IMG/VR virus record: IMGVR_UViG_3300017776_000012
Span: 1 to 60,954 of that record
Source: a virus
Lineage: Duplodnaviria; Caudoviricetes
Length of the DNA: 60,954 bases
Strand: one strand, 5' to 3'
Of the stretch, positions 36,704 through 46,530 are shown one piece after another. Made by a program: the position numbers and the translations under genes. The first letter of the stretch is position 1. Every line of letters begins with the position of its first letter. The notes under the pieces were generated by a model. It saw nothing but the letters and a program-made list of their open reading frames with translations. It did no database searches and was not told the origin of the DNA.

Positions 36704-38514
36704 TAGTGACACTCCGACCAGTTTTTACCGATAGTTGCTTCTGCTGCAATAGGCATACGAATATTCAACAGTTTACCAGCTTCCTCAGCTGCGTCAACCA
36801 GAATATTAGACACTTCTTCAGCATATTTCTCTTGACACTCCCACTGCATTTCGTCATGGATAAAGCCAATCTGATATGCTGGGAGTCCCGCTTCTTGAAT
36901 CATACGATTAGCAGTAATGCACCACATCTTAGATACAATAGCACCTGCACCCTGAAGCAGCACATTTAGTGCCTTATGTACAGAGCGGACAGGCGTTACC
37001 CTACCATCAAGTAGTTTAATATTACCTTGCCTACCGGCTTGGGTAGTAACATTATCTATAAGCTTCTTAAGTGCTGGGATATTCTCAAAGAAACGATTCT
37101 TCATCTGACCACCCTGTTTAGAGGAGCCGTCAATGATAGAGCCGATCTTTGTATTGCCTGCACCATAGATCAAGGCATAGATAAAGACCTTAGCTTGGTT
37201 TCTTGTTTGAAGACCTGCAGCTTTCTGGTTCATAGTATGAATATCATCATTAAGAATAATATGAGCATACTGACCACCATCGTTAGGATGCATGTAATGT
37301 GCGAGGCACCTAAGCTCTAGACCAGATAGGTCTGAACCCACTTGTACCATACCTGGGCTAGGGCCCCATAGGGAGCGAGCCTCTTTGTTACTAGACACTT
37401 GCTGAATGTTAGGTTGGCTTGCACTGGTTCTACCAGTAACTGTACCTAATGTATTCAGAGAGCCATGTATTCTATTGTCCCTAGAATACTGAGCCCTAAG
37501 ATTCCAATCTTCTACTTGACCCCGAAGCTTATCTAAGTCTCGATACTCAAGCAGTAACTTGGCTTCTGGAAAATCTAGTTCCTTAAGTACCTGCACATCA
37601 CATACAGGGTTTCCAGTTTCAGGATTGTACTTGGGTTCCCAAGTGTACTTCTCCTTAAATCTCTCTACAATCTGTTGAGAGCTACCGGGATTAAAGGGAA
37701 TAAGCTTAAACTTATTAGGACCTTTAACCAAGCGTTCCTTGATAACGCTAGAACCCTTGCCCTTGACCTCTCCTTTTGTCAAGTACTGCAGGTTGGTTTC
37801 AGGATCTACGTAGTATGCTACAGACTTAAGGTACTCTTTCTTGTCAGGAAAGATTTTACGAAGGTCATCTTCAATGCCTCGCTTGTCTGAGAGCAGCTTG
37901 AATAAGATTTGCTCACCTAACTTAAAGTTGTACCACCAGCCTCTGCCGGTTTGGCCTGCAATGATCTTAGCAAAAGCATGCTCAAACTTCATCACATTTG
38001 CAGGAACATGCTTACACTTTTCAGTTAACACATTAAATAAATCTGCATTTGTTTTTACATCTTGTATGCAATACTTAAGCATAGATGCATTGAAGTCTTC
38101 CCACGATCCTTCATACTCTGATTTCTGATTATCTAATCCAAAAGCTTGGGACAATGCCTTGAGGCCATAGCCCTTTGCTTCATTGGTTTGCCTATCAGGA
38201 TACAAAAGCATAGCCATAAGCATTGTATCTATAACCTTCTTGTCCTCTAGGACTTCAGCATTGTGAAGTCTTTTGAGGACAGGAAGATCATAGTTGATGA
38301 TATTGTGACCAATTAACACATCTCCTGTGGCTAGGAAATCAATACCATCTTGAATCTGATGAGGATAGAAAACATGCTCAGCCCTTGTATTTAAATCTAT
38401 AACTACAAGGCAGTGAACAGTAGTGCATTCAGTAAACACCTGACCTTTTTGATTAATCTTTAGTTCATTGTAGCCGTTTGTTTCGATGTCAAAGACAAAG
38501 ACTTTTTGTTTCAT
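36703..38514 (-). CDS. DNA polymerase, family A (T7 gp5-like)
   Basis: FDIET exo I, GHNIINYD exo II, YCIQDV exo III, DLSGLELR, RNQAKVFIYALIYG, IHDE. Confidence 0.97.
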   Translation of the reverse strand: MKQKVFVFDIETNGYNELKINQKGQVFTECTTVHCLVVIDLNTRAEHVFYPHQIQDGIDFLATGDVLIGHNIINYDLPVLKRLHNAEVLEDKKVIDTMLMAMLLYPDRQTNEAKGYGLKALSQAFGLDNQKSEYEGSWEDFNASMLKYCIQDVKTNADLFNVLTEKCKHVPANVMKFEHAFAKIIAGQTGRGWWYNFKLGEQILFKLLSDKRGIEDDLRKIFPDKKEYLKSVAYYVDPETNLQYLTKGEVKGKGSSVIKERLVKGPNKFKLIPFNPGSSQQIVERFKEKYTWEPKYNPETGNPVCDVQVLKELDFPEAKLLLEYRDLDKLRGQVEDWNLRAQYSRDNRIHGSLNTLGTVTGRTSASQPNIQQVSSNKEARSLWGPSPGMVQVGSDLSGLELRCLAHYMHPNDGGQYAHIILNDDIHTMNQKAAGLQTRNQAKVFIYALIYGAGNTKIGSIIDGSSKQGGQMKNRFFENIPALKKLIDNVTTQAGRQGNIKLLDGRVTPVRSVHKALNVLLQGAGAIVSKMWCITANRMIQEAGLPAYQIGFIHDEMQWECQEKYAEEVSNILVDAAEEAGKLLNIRMPIAAEATIGKNWSECH

Positions 38515-38636
38515 ATCTTCTCATGTTCTTTTAGAGTGTTCATAATCCATGTGAATGCTGCCTTCAGGTCTCGTGTAAGAAAAGACTTACGATCAGGGTG
38601 AGTTAGAATTAACCTTAAGATCTGCATAAAGCCCAT
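38511..38636 (-). CDS. Small hypothetical peptide (not in ORF track)
   Basis: 41 aa MGFMQILRLIL...; stop overlaps the polymerase ATG. Confidence 0.4.
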   Translation of the reverse strand: MGFMQILRLILTHPDRKSFLTRDLKAAFTWIMNTLKEHEKI

Positions 38637-38661
38637 AGATACTTCATAAGTAAATTTAGGT

Positions 38662-40371
38662 TTAGGCACTGGCAAACTCCGGCACTCCTCCTACGAACGT
38701 AGGATCTACTTCTTCCAGCCGATTAGTATTATGGCTGTAGAACAGACCTGTAGCAACTCCAGCCCTACCTGTCAAACGATTCTTAAGAACACGAACAACA
38801 GTAGTGTTGGCTTCATCATGGTTACTTGCTTGGCGATTACGTTCCAAACCAATAACGGTATTAGGAACGGATGAAAGAGAGCCTGAGCCACGAAGGTCTT
38901 GCAAGGTAATGCGAGAGCCTTCTTCGTAGGGCTTGTCAGTCTTCTTCAATTGTGAGATAATATCAACATGAACACCTGTCCTCACACAGAGGGAACGAAT
39001 ACCCTTCATAAGAGTATCGATCAGTAAGCGTTCGCTATTATTATCTTCTGAGGCCATCATAGCGGTAGCTGCCGCAGTAATGTGGTCAAGAACAATAACC
39101 TTGACTCCCAAGCTGGCAGCCATAAATTCCATTCTTTGCAAGAGATTTTGCATAGCGTTGTGACCTTCATGATCATAAACATAGAACCCTGTCTCCGATA
39201 GCCATTTCTTAGCACCCATATACTCATCTTCTGAGTAGTCATTGCACACAGTGTAATCAACACGTTCAACACCCATGTTTTCTCTAAGATCATTCATGGT
39301 ATTGGCTGCTCGAATAGATCGAATAGGTTTATTAATATGAAGAGAAACAATATCATCCACAGTCTCCTGCGGTGTCTCCTCTAGCATAATAGCACCCACA
39401 CTACGATTCTCATTCAAGTGGGAGTAGATTAGCTCACGCACAATGGTACTCTTGCCTGAGCCTGTACCTGATGTCCAGAGCGTAATCTCACCGCTACGCT
39501 GACCGATAAGAAACTCATTGAGTCCGGGCCAAGGAATAGACCACACTTCAGTGTTGGTATTATTATCAGCAATAACATTACTGACGTGCAAGATTTCGTC
39601 TGGGCTGTATAGCTGGGCTTCCCAGATAGCATTGATAAGACTCTTGGTTTCTCCAGCAAGCAGGTGCTCATTGGGATCCTTAAGCATGATCTTAGCAATC
39701 TTAGCTTTGCCCGGAGGCAAGACATCTGCAACAGCCTTGGCTGCTTCACGTCCTGCATCGTCGTTGTCAAAGAGTAAGACTACTTCTTCATACGATGCAA
39801 CAAAATCATAGTTGTTCTTAATGTCTCGTACAGCACTGGCTGCACCGTTAGGTAGAGAGACAACTGGCCACTTGTTCTCCATGAGCTGAGACACTGTAAG
39901 ACAGTCAATCTCGCCTTCTGTGATAACAAGTCGTTTACCGTTCATCTTGAATAGACCTTGACCAAAGAGCTCAGGGTTACGACTGTTGCCTACCCACTTG
40001 AAGTCCTTTGTGTCATTCTTACGTAGCTTCTGAGCAATGAGAGTTCCATCCTTGAAAGCATTCCAGAATTGGAAATCTTGCTCACCCACCTTAGCACACT
40101 TGTAGCCATAGAGCCTACAAGTCTTCACGTTAATCTGTCTATCTTCTAGATCAGTATAGTATCCATTGTATGGATTCCAGTTGCCTTCTACCTTAACAGC
40201 TTTCTTGACATAAGAACCGCTGGCGTTTTCATGATAACCGCAAGCAAAGCAGTGAGCATGACCGTCATTATACCTAGCAAGGTTGTCACAGGATGTGTCC
40301 TTGCCTTGACGATTGCATTCAGGGCATTGTTCCCTGTCTACAACAAAAGTAATTTCTTCTTCGTTTTTCAT
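38662..40371 (-). CDS. Primase-helicase (T7 gp4-like)
   Basis: CPEC...HCFAC zinc finger, ITEGEID and FDNDDAG TOPRIM motifs, SGTGSGKS, LDHI, DLRGSG, KNR. Confidence 0.97.
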   Translation of the reverse strand: MKNEEEITFVVDREQCPECNRQGKDTSCDNLARYNDGHAHCFACGYHENASGSYVKKAVKVEGNWNPYNGYYTDLEDRQINVKTCRLYGYKCAKVGEQDFQFWNAFKDGTLIAQKLRKNDTKDFKWVGNSRNPELFGQGLFKMNGKRLVITEGEIDCLTVSQLMENKWPVVSLPNGAASAVRDIKNNYDFVASYEEVVLLFDNDDAGREAAKAVADVLPPGKAKIAKIMLKDPNEHLLAGETKSLINAIWEAQLYSPDEILHVSNVIADNNTNTEVWSIPWPGLNEFLIGQRSGEITLWTSGTGSGKSTIVRELIYSHLNENRSVGAIMLEETPQETVDDIVSLHINKPIRSIRAANTMNDLRENMGVERVDYTVCNDYSEDEYMGAKKWLSETGFYVYDHEGHNAMQNLLQRMEFMAASLGVKVIVLDHITAAATAMMASEDNNSERLLIDTLMKGIRSLCVRTGVHVDIISQLKKTDKPYEEGSRITLQDLRGSGSLSSVPNTVIGLERNRQASNHDEANTTVVRVLKNRLTGRAGVATGLFYSHNTNRLEEVDPTFVGGVPEFASA

Positions 40372-40382
40372 AATTCTCCGAT

Positions 40383-40414
40383 AAAAAAATCCCCTTCCAT
40401 TGCTGAAAGGGGAT
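40383..40414 (-). terminator. Intrinsic terminator between resolvase and primase genes
   Basis: Minus RNA AUCCCCUUUCA-GCAA-UGGAAGGGGAU followed by a U run. Confidence 0.75.
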
Positions 40415-40418
40415 CTCG

Positions 40419-40763
40419 TTAATCTACTGGTTCTTGCGATAAGCCGGTTAGCTTAAATGATATGTATTCCTTGCTCTTCTCCGTCTTAACCTTAGTAACT
40501 TCAAGATAGTATATTCTATTATCGTTAAAGCCATAATGTTTTTGTAAGACATCTATGAAGGGCTTGAGGCAGTTGTCAATGTCAGAAGCTCTATTACTGT
40601 ACCCAACCCGGATACGCAAGGACAGAGGACCTGTCCTTGGTATCCTGAGCTTTGGGAGCATTTTGGGTAACTTAATTTCATAGTTTCTGTACTTAGCAGA
40701 CTTGCGTTTTCTGCCCATGAATGCTTCATTCATACTAAGCGGCTTGATAGCCAGCTTATGCAT
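40419..40763 (-). CDS. RusA-like Holliday junction resolvase
   Basis: PLSMN...DIDNCLKPFIDVLQ...NDNRI. Confidence 0.85.
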   Translation of the reverse strand: MHKLAIKPLSMNEAFMGRKRKSAKYRNYEIKLPKMLPKLRIPRTGPLSLRIRVGYSNRASDIDNCLKPFIDVLQKHYGFNDNRIYYLEVTKVKTEKSKEYISFKLTGLSQEPVD

Positions 40764-40766
40764 TCA

Positions 40767-41303
40767 TTAGAATGGCATGTCCGCGCCCTCTTCGGGCTCT
40801 GCTTCCTCAGTCATTGCGGCAGCAACCTTCTCCGAAACATAACCGCCTTCGACCTTATCGAAGCCGCTGCTCGCAGAACCTTGCTCGTTCTTTTCAATAA
40901 TTTGAACACCATCAAGATAGAGAGACATGCTGTTATCTCTTTCAAGAAGTGCTGGAACCAAACGCAAACGAACTACATCCCCACCAAAGGGAGTATCAGT
41001 AGTCTTTGTGTTTTGCGAGTCAAAGCATGGGAACATAGATGCACTAGGGTTATCCTTAGCGTACTGACTGTTCTTAACTTTGAGCAATTTGACTCCATCC
41101 CGTTCAGACACACCATTGACCTTAGATACCTTAGCGAAGTTGCATTTCTTTGCAGCATCGTTAATAAGGGTATTAAGTTCTTCTGTCAGTTCAACAGTAA
41201 TGTTATGGTTTGGATTACCAAACTTAACATCAGGCTTGTGTAAGTGGGCCCAAGTAACCGTGGCGTTAGGTGTAACAAAAGACTTTCCGTATTTGTTAGC
41301 CAT
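40767..41303 (-). CDS. ssDNA-binding protein (T7 gp2.5-like)
   Basis: FVTP...WAHLHKPD.KFG, GGDVVR, SLYLDGVQII, acidic tail ending in Phe. Confidence 0.88.
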   Translation of the reverse strand: MANKYGKSFVTPNATVTWAHLHKPDVKFGNPNHNITVELTEELNTLINDAAKKCNFAKVSKVNGVSERDGVKLLKVKNSQYAKDNPSASMFPCFDSQNTKTTDTPFGGDVVRLRLVPALLERDNSMSLYLDGVQIIEKNEQGSASSGFDKVEGGYVSEKVAAAMTEEAEPEEGADMPF

Positions 41304-41338
41304 AAATAATCTCCTTCAGTAGAAAACAATTGAGTAGT

Positions 41339-41367
41339 ATTATAGTGAAAGGTACTCCCAATGTGAG
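41339..41367 (-). promoter_or_regulatory. Candidate promoter upstream of SSB
   Basis: Minus strand CTCACA-17 nt-TATAAT (sigma70-like); also contains the T7-like core TCACTATA. Confidence 0.35.
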
Positions 41368-41399
41368 AGCATAATAACTTAATTTCTGTAAAATTTCTT

Positions 41400-42080
41400 T
41401 CATAACGGCATAGGCTCAAATACAGCGAGCTCTCCGTCTATAACTACTCCGCACCCAAGAATGGGTTTCTGATTAAACTTTTTGCCATAGTTCATTGCAG
41501 CAGACTTTACATCAATACCACAACCAACTTGCATACCGAAGCATCTAAAGCGTTCATTATTATAGAACTCTACTCCGGCTTGACTGTGAAAGTGTCCTTG
41601 CACAATCGAAGAGAACTGAGCTTTTGCATTATTAAAAGCTACATTTCTCTGTCCACTAGAACCTCTGTCACCGTGTTGATACATAACGTCATCAATAACC
41701 TTACTACCAAAACGTGGAATAACTTCCCAACCTTGGACACCCCATATATCTGCGTATGATTTTAGTACGCTTAGAGGTAGACCGCAGTCTTGAGCATGCC
41801 GTTCTGTTAGGGCATCATGATTACCTACGAACCATGTAACATCAGGTCCTAATTCTGCGTATAACATTTGAACTTGTTCATACGCTTTACGATATTCTAA
41901 TTCACTGTTTTTAAGACTTGGAGCCTTAGGATGATAAGAGATACTTGCCCAATCGACAAGATCTCCAATGTGAACTACCGTGTCACACGACCATTCATCT
42001 CTCACATCGGCAAGAAACTGAACATATGTAGGGTGCATGACAGGAGCATGTGTATCTCCTACAACCAAAACTCTACTCAT
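41400..42080 (-). CDS. Calcineurin-like metallophosphoesterase
   Basis: GDTH, HIGDLVD, GNHD, HGD, GHFH. Confidence 0.9.
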   Translation of the reverse strand: MSRVLVVGDTHAPVMHPTYVQFLADVRDEWSCDTVVHIGDLVDWASISYHPKAPSLKNSELEYRKAYEQVQMLYAELGPDVTWFVGNHDALTERHAQDCGLPLSVLKSYADIWGVQGWEVIPRFGSKVIDDVMYQHGDRGSSGQRNVAFNNAKAQFSSIVQGHFHSQAGVEFYNNERFRCFGMQVGCGIDVKSAAMNYGKKFNQKPILGCGVVIDGELAVFEPMPL

Positions 42081-42336
42081 TTTTTGTCTCCTTTGGTTTA
42101 ATACCATGAACAATGTAACGCCACTCTTCTAGTGTAATTTCATTTCTTGTGTACGCCTCATTAGCTTCCACGGCATCTCTATACTTTTTAGTATGAATCC
42201 GACTTGCAGAAACATGATCCCCTTTGCCCGCACTTAGTTTGCGACCTTGGGAATCCCATTTATCTAAGTCAGCATTGACCCCGCCTAGTTGACGAGCGTC
42301 TTCATTACCTCTTCTAACAAAGGTATCTTTACCCAT
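42073..42336 (-). CDS. Hypothetical protein
   Basis: 87 aa with GAGG RBS right after the RNAP gene. Confidence 0.65.
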   Translation of the reverse strand: MGKDTFVRRGNEDARQLGGVNADLDKWDSQGRKLSAGKGDHVSASRIHTKKYRDAVEANEAYTRNEITLEEWRYIVHGIKPKETKNE

Positions 42337-42342
42337 ATTACC

Positions 42343-44826
42343 TCACGAAAAAAAGTATTCTGATGTTAACACATCATGAATATCTAAAGAACTCTTAGAA
42401 GGCGGATGAATTGTACAAGATTCCCAGTCATGTGTACCTGTTTTCTTTGCAGTAGTTTCTGCCAGTACAATAGCTGGGTTGTAATTATCATACATCTCTA
42501 CAAACGATTCCCTAATGTGCTTGTGCATCTTAGGTACATCGTTCGCATGACATCCAAATGAGTCATGAATCATAGAGAAAGAATCAATACCATCATTATA
42601 CATTCTATTAATGGTATCAAGCATATGGCTTGCATCAAGCGAATGAATAAAATTAGGGGCAATACCTGAAGTCATTTCAGATGTGCTTAACTTCGCGTCT
42701 TTCTCTGCAGGAATGGAAAAGACAACCAACTGAGCATCAACACGCAATCGAACCTTACGGTCTTCATAGTAATTGTGTTTAATGGTATTCCCAATTGGAG
42801 TCTCCCACTCTAGATAGTCATCAACCTTGTTTACCTGCTTAGCCAACTCCTTAGCCCATGCCATAAACTGGTAAGAGGCTGAGACTACTGAGGGAATAGC
42901 CTCGTTCATAAGAACAGTACCAATGTACTTAGCTGCCAATCCCTTCTTCTCCCCAGCCCAATCACAATGACCGTCTTCCTTTAAAGCTCTTACGCAACCA
43001 TGCAACGTTACACCATAGGCGTAAGTCATGCAAGGTCGCTTGGCGCACTTCCTGCTTACTCTTTCTTCTCTCCACGCTGAATGCCACTCGTCTTCTACCT
43101 TTGTAGATAGATACTTATTAGCAGCATCTGCAACCTCTGTATAGAGGTCACATGGTTCAGAAACAGGAATTAAATTTGTAGCTCTAGCTCCAACAGGATC
43201 TCTACCGATAGCTGACCAATGCTGGATACCATTACACGATCCATCCATTTGTACAGCAACGTAGTTCAATCCAGATTCATTATAATAATCTAACAATGAA
43301 GCTAACAATTGCCACTTCTTACGATCATCTCCTTGCTTTGCCCAGAATGTATTGTCAATGGGGTCTGCAGCAGAGGCTTTAAGATAGGCCTCGTTCTTGT
43401 TAAACCATTGTACACGCTCATCAAAAGAGAGTTTATCCTCGCCACACAAGTTAGCGATCTGGACCTTCATCCAGTATCGACCTTCTTGGGTGTAGGGCTT
43501 ACCCTCGGCAAAGCAACATAAAGCCTTGTCAAAGTCGGAGCCTTGAGGGCTAAGCATTTCTGTAGCAGTATAACATCTACCTCTAAAATCTACAGTGATT
43601 GGAAGATAGAATTGTTTAAAGTTAGCAAGATCCTTAGCCAAATCAAGGCGTTGAATCATACGTAACCTATCTGCCCAGAGCTTTGCCCACTCCTTGTGAG
43701 CGTTCTCTAACTGAGACAGGTGTTGAGCAAACTCTACAGTATACTTACCGTCTTCGTCTTTTGGTTCACCTTCGTAGTCTTGGAAAACAAAGTTGTCCTG
43801 AGAGTATCTAGGACAATCTGCTAGTTCTAAGTTACTGGTAAACACATGCTTCATGACTTCTAAGACATCAGCATTTACTTTATACTTGGTATTCTGCAAA
43901 GAGTTGATAGCCCGTACACTGGCATGAGACATTTGAGATAGACCAAATGAGTCATACCCCGGAGATGCAGGTCTGACGAACTTCATCTGCATGCCTGGAA
44001 CAATGTAGCCCCCCTCCCATCGACCATTCTTTTTGGTCCAAGGGTTAGGAGTGCAAATCATTGGAGCCCATTTGGGTCTTAACCATTGTCTGAATTTATG
44101 ATTATCTACCATATCAGAAACAATGTTAGGATTGACCTCAATGTATGAGGTTCGCTTCCTGCCGTCCCAATGCAAGATACGTTGAGCAAAGTAATTGCCC
44201 TCTCGTATGTCTTCATCTTTGACAGCATTGACGATACATTGCAACAAGGCTACACCAAACTGAAGCTTAACCTTCTTGGGCATAAAAGCCATAGTTGAAA
44301 CTTCTTTGATAAACCTATTGCGTTTCTTAGCAGTCCAGTTTTTAATAATTTTAGATCTATATCCCCAAATCTCTTTATGCTCGTCTCTTGCCTTGATGTA
44401 GTGCAAAAGCTGCCATGTCTGCTCAGCAATGTTTTGGGCTACAGTCTGTAGCTTAATACGATTACCTAACACAGAGACACCATGATCTCGTTTAGGGTAA
44501 GCAGAAGGGATGAGGCACTTAAAGGTGATAAGTGCTAAGTGTTCAGGGGTTAAGAATAAGGCTGGTACTTGCCAGCTAGTAAACTGTCGCATGCCTTCTA
44601 AGATGCTTACTTGCATCTCTTTAAAGGCTGGAATAAAGTAAGGACCATAATAATGAATGATCTCTTCTTCGGTAGTACGAAGCACTGAAGGGTCTTGAGA
44701 GATAGCTAATTCAGCTTCAGAAGCCGTAGACTCAAGGCCAGTAGTGCCCCAATACCTACGTAAGCCAGCTAATAGCATGTCTTCTTCTCTAGCTATTTCT
44801 AGTCCAATTAAGTATGTGTTATCCAA
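42343..44826 (-). CDS. T7-like single-subunit DNA-directed RNA polymerase (full length)
   Basis: PMICTPNPW...GGY, DFRGR, LSPQG, DGSCNGIQH, RKCAKRPCMTYAYG, WETPIG, PNFIHSLD, IHDSFG, C-terminal YFFS. Confidence 0.97.
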   Translation of the reverse strand: MDNTYLIGLEIAREEDMLLAGLRRYWGTTGLESTASEAELAISQDPSVLRTTEEEIIHYYGPYFIPAFKEMQVSILEGMRQFTSWQVPALFLTPEHLALITFKCLIPSAYPKRDHGVSVLGNRIKLQTVAQNIAEQTWQLLHYIKARDEHKEIWGYRSKIIKNWTAKKRNRFIKEVSTMAFMPKKVKLQFGVALLQCIVNAVKDEDIREGNYFAQRILHWDGRKRTSYIEVNPNIVSDMVDNHKFRQWLRPKWAPMICTPNPWTKKNGRWEGGYIVPGMQMKFVRPASPGYDSFGLSQMSHASVRAINSLQNTKYKVNADVLEVMKHVFTSNLELADCPRYSQDNFVFQDYEGEPKDEDGKYTVEFAQHLSQLENAHKEWAKLWADRLRMIQRLDLAKDLANFKQFYLPITVDFRGRCYTATEMLSPQGSDFDKALCCFAEGKPYTQEGRYWMKVQIANLCGEDKLSFDERVQWFNKNEAYLKASAADPIDNTFWAKQGDDRKKWQLLASLLDYYNESGLNYVAVQMDGSCNGIQHWSAIGRDPVGARATNLIPVSEPCDLYTEVADAANKYLSTKVEDEWHSAWREERVSRKCAKRPCMTYAYGVTLHGCVRALKEDGHCDWAGEKKGLAAKYIGTVLMNEAIPSVVSASYQFMAWAKELAKQVNKVDDYLEWETPIGNTIKHNYYEDRKVRLRVDAQLVVFSIPAEKDAKLSTSEMTSGIAPNFIHSLDASHMLDTINRMYNDGIDSFSMIHDSFGCHANDVPKMHKHIRESFVEMYDNYNPAIVLAETTAKKTGTHDWESCTIHPPSKSSLDIHDVLTSEYFFS

Positions 44827-44884
44827 TTATGATTCCTATGTATACCTAAGTTCCTTGCGACTGTAGTTGATACTAAGTGGTTAG

Positions 44885-44957
44885 TAGTCCCGATGGGATT
44901 CGAACCCATACTGGGAGGATTTTAAGTCCTCTGCCTCTGCCATTGGGCTACGGGACC
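44885..44957 (-). tRNA. tRNA-Leu(UAA), short variable loop
   Basis: Cloverleaf: GGTCCCG acceptor, GAGGA-CTTAAAA-TCCTC anticodon arm, GTTCGAATC T loop, discriminator A; no encoded CCA. Confidence 0.85.
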
Positions 44958-44962
44958 TGAAA

Positions 44963-45036
44963 CGCTCTCGGCAAGACTCGAACTTGCAACCTACTGCTTA
45001 GAAGGCAGTTGCTCTATCCAATTGAGCTACGAAAGC
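44963..45036 (-). tRNA. tRNA-Arg(UCU)
   Basis: GCTTTCG acceptor, AGCTCAATTGGATAGAGC D arm, ACTGC-CTTCTAA-GCAGT anticodon arm, GTTCGAGTC. Confidence 0.92.
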
Positions 45037-45045
45037 TAGAATCAA

Positions 45046-45273
45046 TCACTCATTTGTTGGAGCGGTTGACCATGAAACACAACACTGATTTACAAACTCA
45101 ATGTTTGGGACAGCAAACTCACGAGAGATCCATCCATCTCCCTCGCTGCGTCCGTCCATCTTAATGATGAATGCGTTTTGAATACGACGCACTGTAAAAT
45201 CATCATCAACAGACTTAAACTCTCCCATAAAATCTTGAACTTGCTCTAAACAACAGCTTTGGTTTTCACCCAT
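45046..45273 (-). CDS. Hypothetical protein
   Basis: 75 aa with AAGGA RBS. Confidence 0.6.
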   Translation of the reverse strand: MGENQSCCLEQVQDFMGEFKSVDDDFTVRRIQNAFIIKMDGRSEGDGWISREFAVPNIEFVNQCCVSWSTAPTNE

Positions 45274-45291
45274 AGTATTATTTCCTTGTAT

Positions 45292-45714
45292 TTAAACGAA
45301 GTACTCTTTAAGATCATCTGAAAGGGCATACCCGCATCCACAGCGGACCCAGATCCAAGTACCGTCATCTATCTCAATTATAGCATCTCTAGTTAAAGGG
45401 TGTGCTAACATTTTCTCAGCTAAATAAGAAGAAATAAGAAAATATTGCATAGGCTCAAAGTAATCGTCATCTTCAAGTTCAGGGTAATGGATTGTAACCC
45501 AAGGAACATCATCTTTCATCAGGTACTCACCAATAAGATTTGCACGGCAGTACACCTCTTGGTCTACCCGTTTTAGAAGCTGAGCCTCTTCATAACTATT
45601 CATTATCATAAACTTCTTCCTCGATTTGTCGATCATACTCATCAAGGTGTTCTTGAACTGCGGATTGATCTGCTCGCATAACAGCTTCGACAAGATCTCT
45701 CCAGTATTCCTCAT
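45292..45714 (-). CDS. Hypothetical protein
   Basis: 140 aa with C-terminal WIWVRCGCGYAL. Confidence 0.65.
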   Translation of the reverse strand: MRNTGEILSKLLCEQINPQFKNTLMSMIDKSRKKFMIMNSYEEAQLLKRVDQEVYCRANLIGEYLMKDDVPWVTIHYPELEDDDYFEPMQYFLISSYLAEKMLAHPLTRDAIIEIDDGTWIWVRCGCGYALSDDLKEYFV

Positions 45715-45844
45715 AATTCACGGTTTTTATTCCTTTTTAAATATAATGCAATAAAACCTAAACTCATAAGTGATGAGTAAAGTCCTAAAGAATAGATGTG
45801 ATACTGTATTTCAGCATGATAATAAAACCAATAATACCAACTCA

Positions 45845-46060
45845 TTAGTCCTCCCTCGTCATGTCGCGCATTTTATCTTCATGTTCTTCTTTAAAGATTT
45901 TATATGTCTCATAAATGTAATGAAGACGTTCAATCATATGGGGAATATCCGTTGATCTTATTTTAGGTACAACTTCTTCGCCATAACAAAATCTAAAATC
46001 GCCACACGAACCATACTTAGCAGTTGATTCGTCCAATGTAATGTGATTAAATCGTATCAT
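45845..46060 (-). CDS. Hypothetical protein
   Basis: Likely start MIRFNH, ATGA-coupled to the upstream stop. Confidence 0.5.
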   Translation of the reverse strand: MIRFNHITLDESTAKYGSCGDFRFCYGEEVVPKIRSTDIPHMIERLHYIYETYKIFKEEHEDKMRDMTRED

Positions 46061-46485
46061 TCTTCTGGCAACCAACCTGCAATTTGCATGCCGGGTTCCT
46101 TGTAGAACCATTCATTGAAATCAATGTTCCAATCATGTTCTTTAATACGTTCTATAATCTTATCATAAATAACATAAGGCGGATTCCATGCAGTATCATA
46201 ACTACCATCAAGATGAATCCACTCGTTATCATTAAACTCTTCGGTTGATGTAGCAAGAGCGTACTCTGTCATCTCCCACTTGCAGCCCCAAGCGTCACGC
46301 TGGGCTTCAATAGTAGAGAAACCAGTTTCATCTTCTTCAAAGTTACCCATAGGCGAGATCTTTTCGTATAAAAAACGATAAGAATCTTTCTGATTAGGAT
46401 CTTCTTCACAGTATGTAGCAAGAAAGTCTTCCATATCGGATTTATTGCCACTTATACTAACATCATTTTCACACCAGTTAGGCAT
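46057..46485 (-). CDS. DUF1281/YubB ferredoxin-like domain protein
   Basis: MPNWCEN...WGCKW...YDTAWNPP...EPGM signature. Confidence 0.75.
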   Translation of the reverse strand: MPNWCENDVSISGNKSDMEDFLATYCEEDPNQKDSYRFLYEKISPMGNFEEDETGFSTIEAQRDAWGCKWEMTEYALATSTEEFNDNEWIHLDGSYDTAWNPPYVIYDKIIERIKEHDWNIDFNEWFYKEPGMQIAGWLPEE

Positions 46486-46530
46486 TTGTTCTCCATCTGC
46501 ACAATAGATTGCGCGGTTGTGGGACACAGA

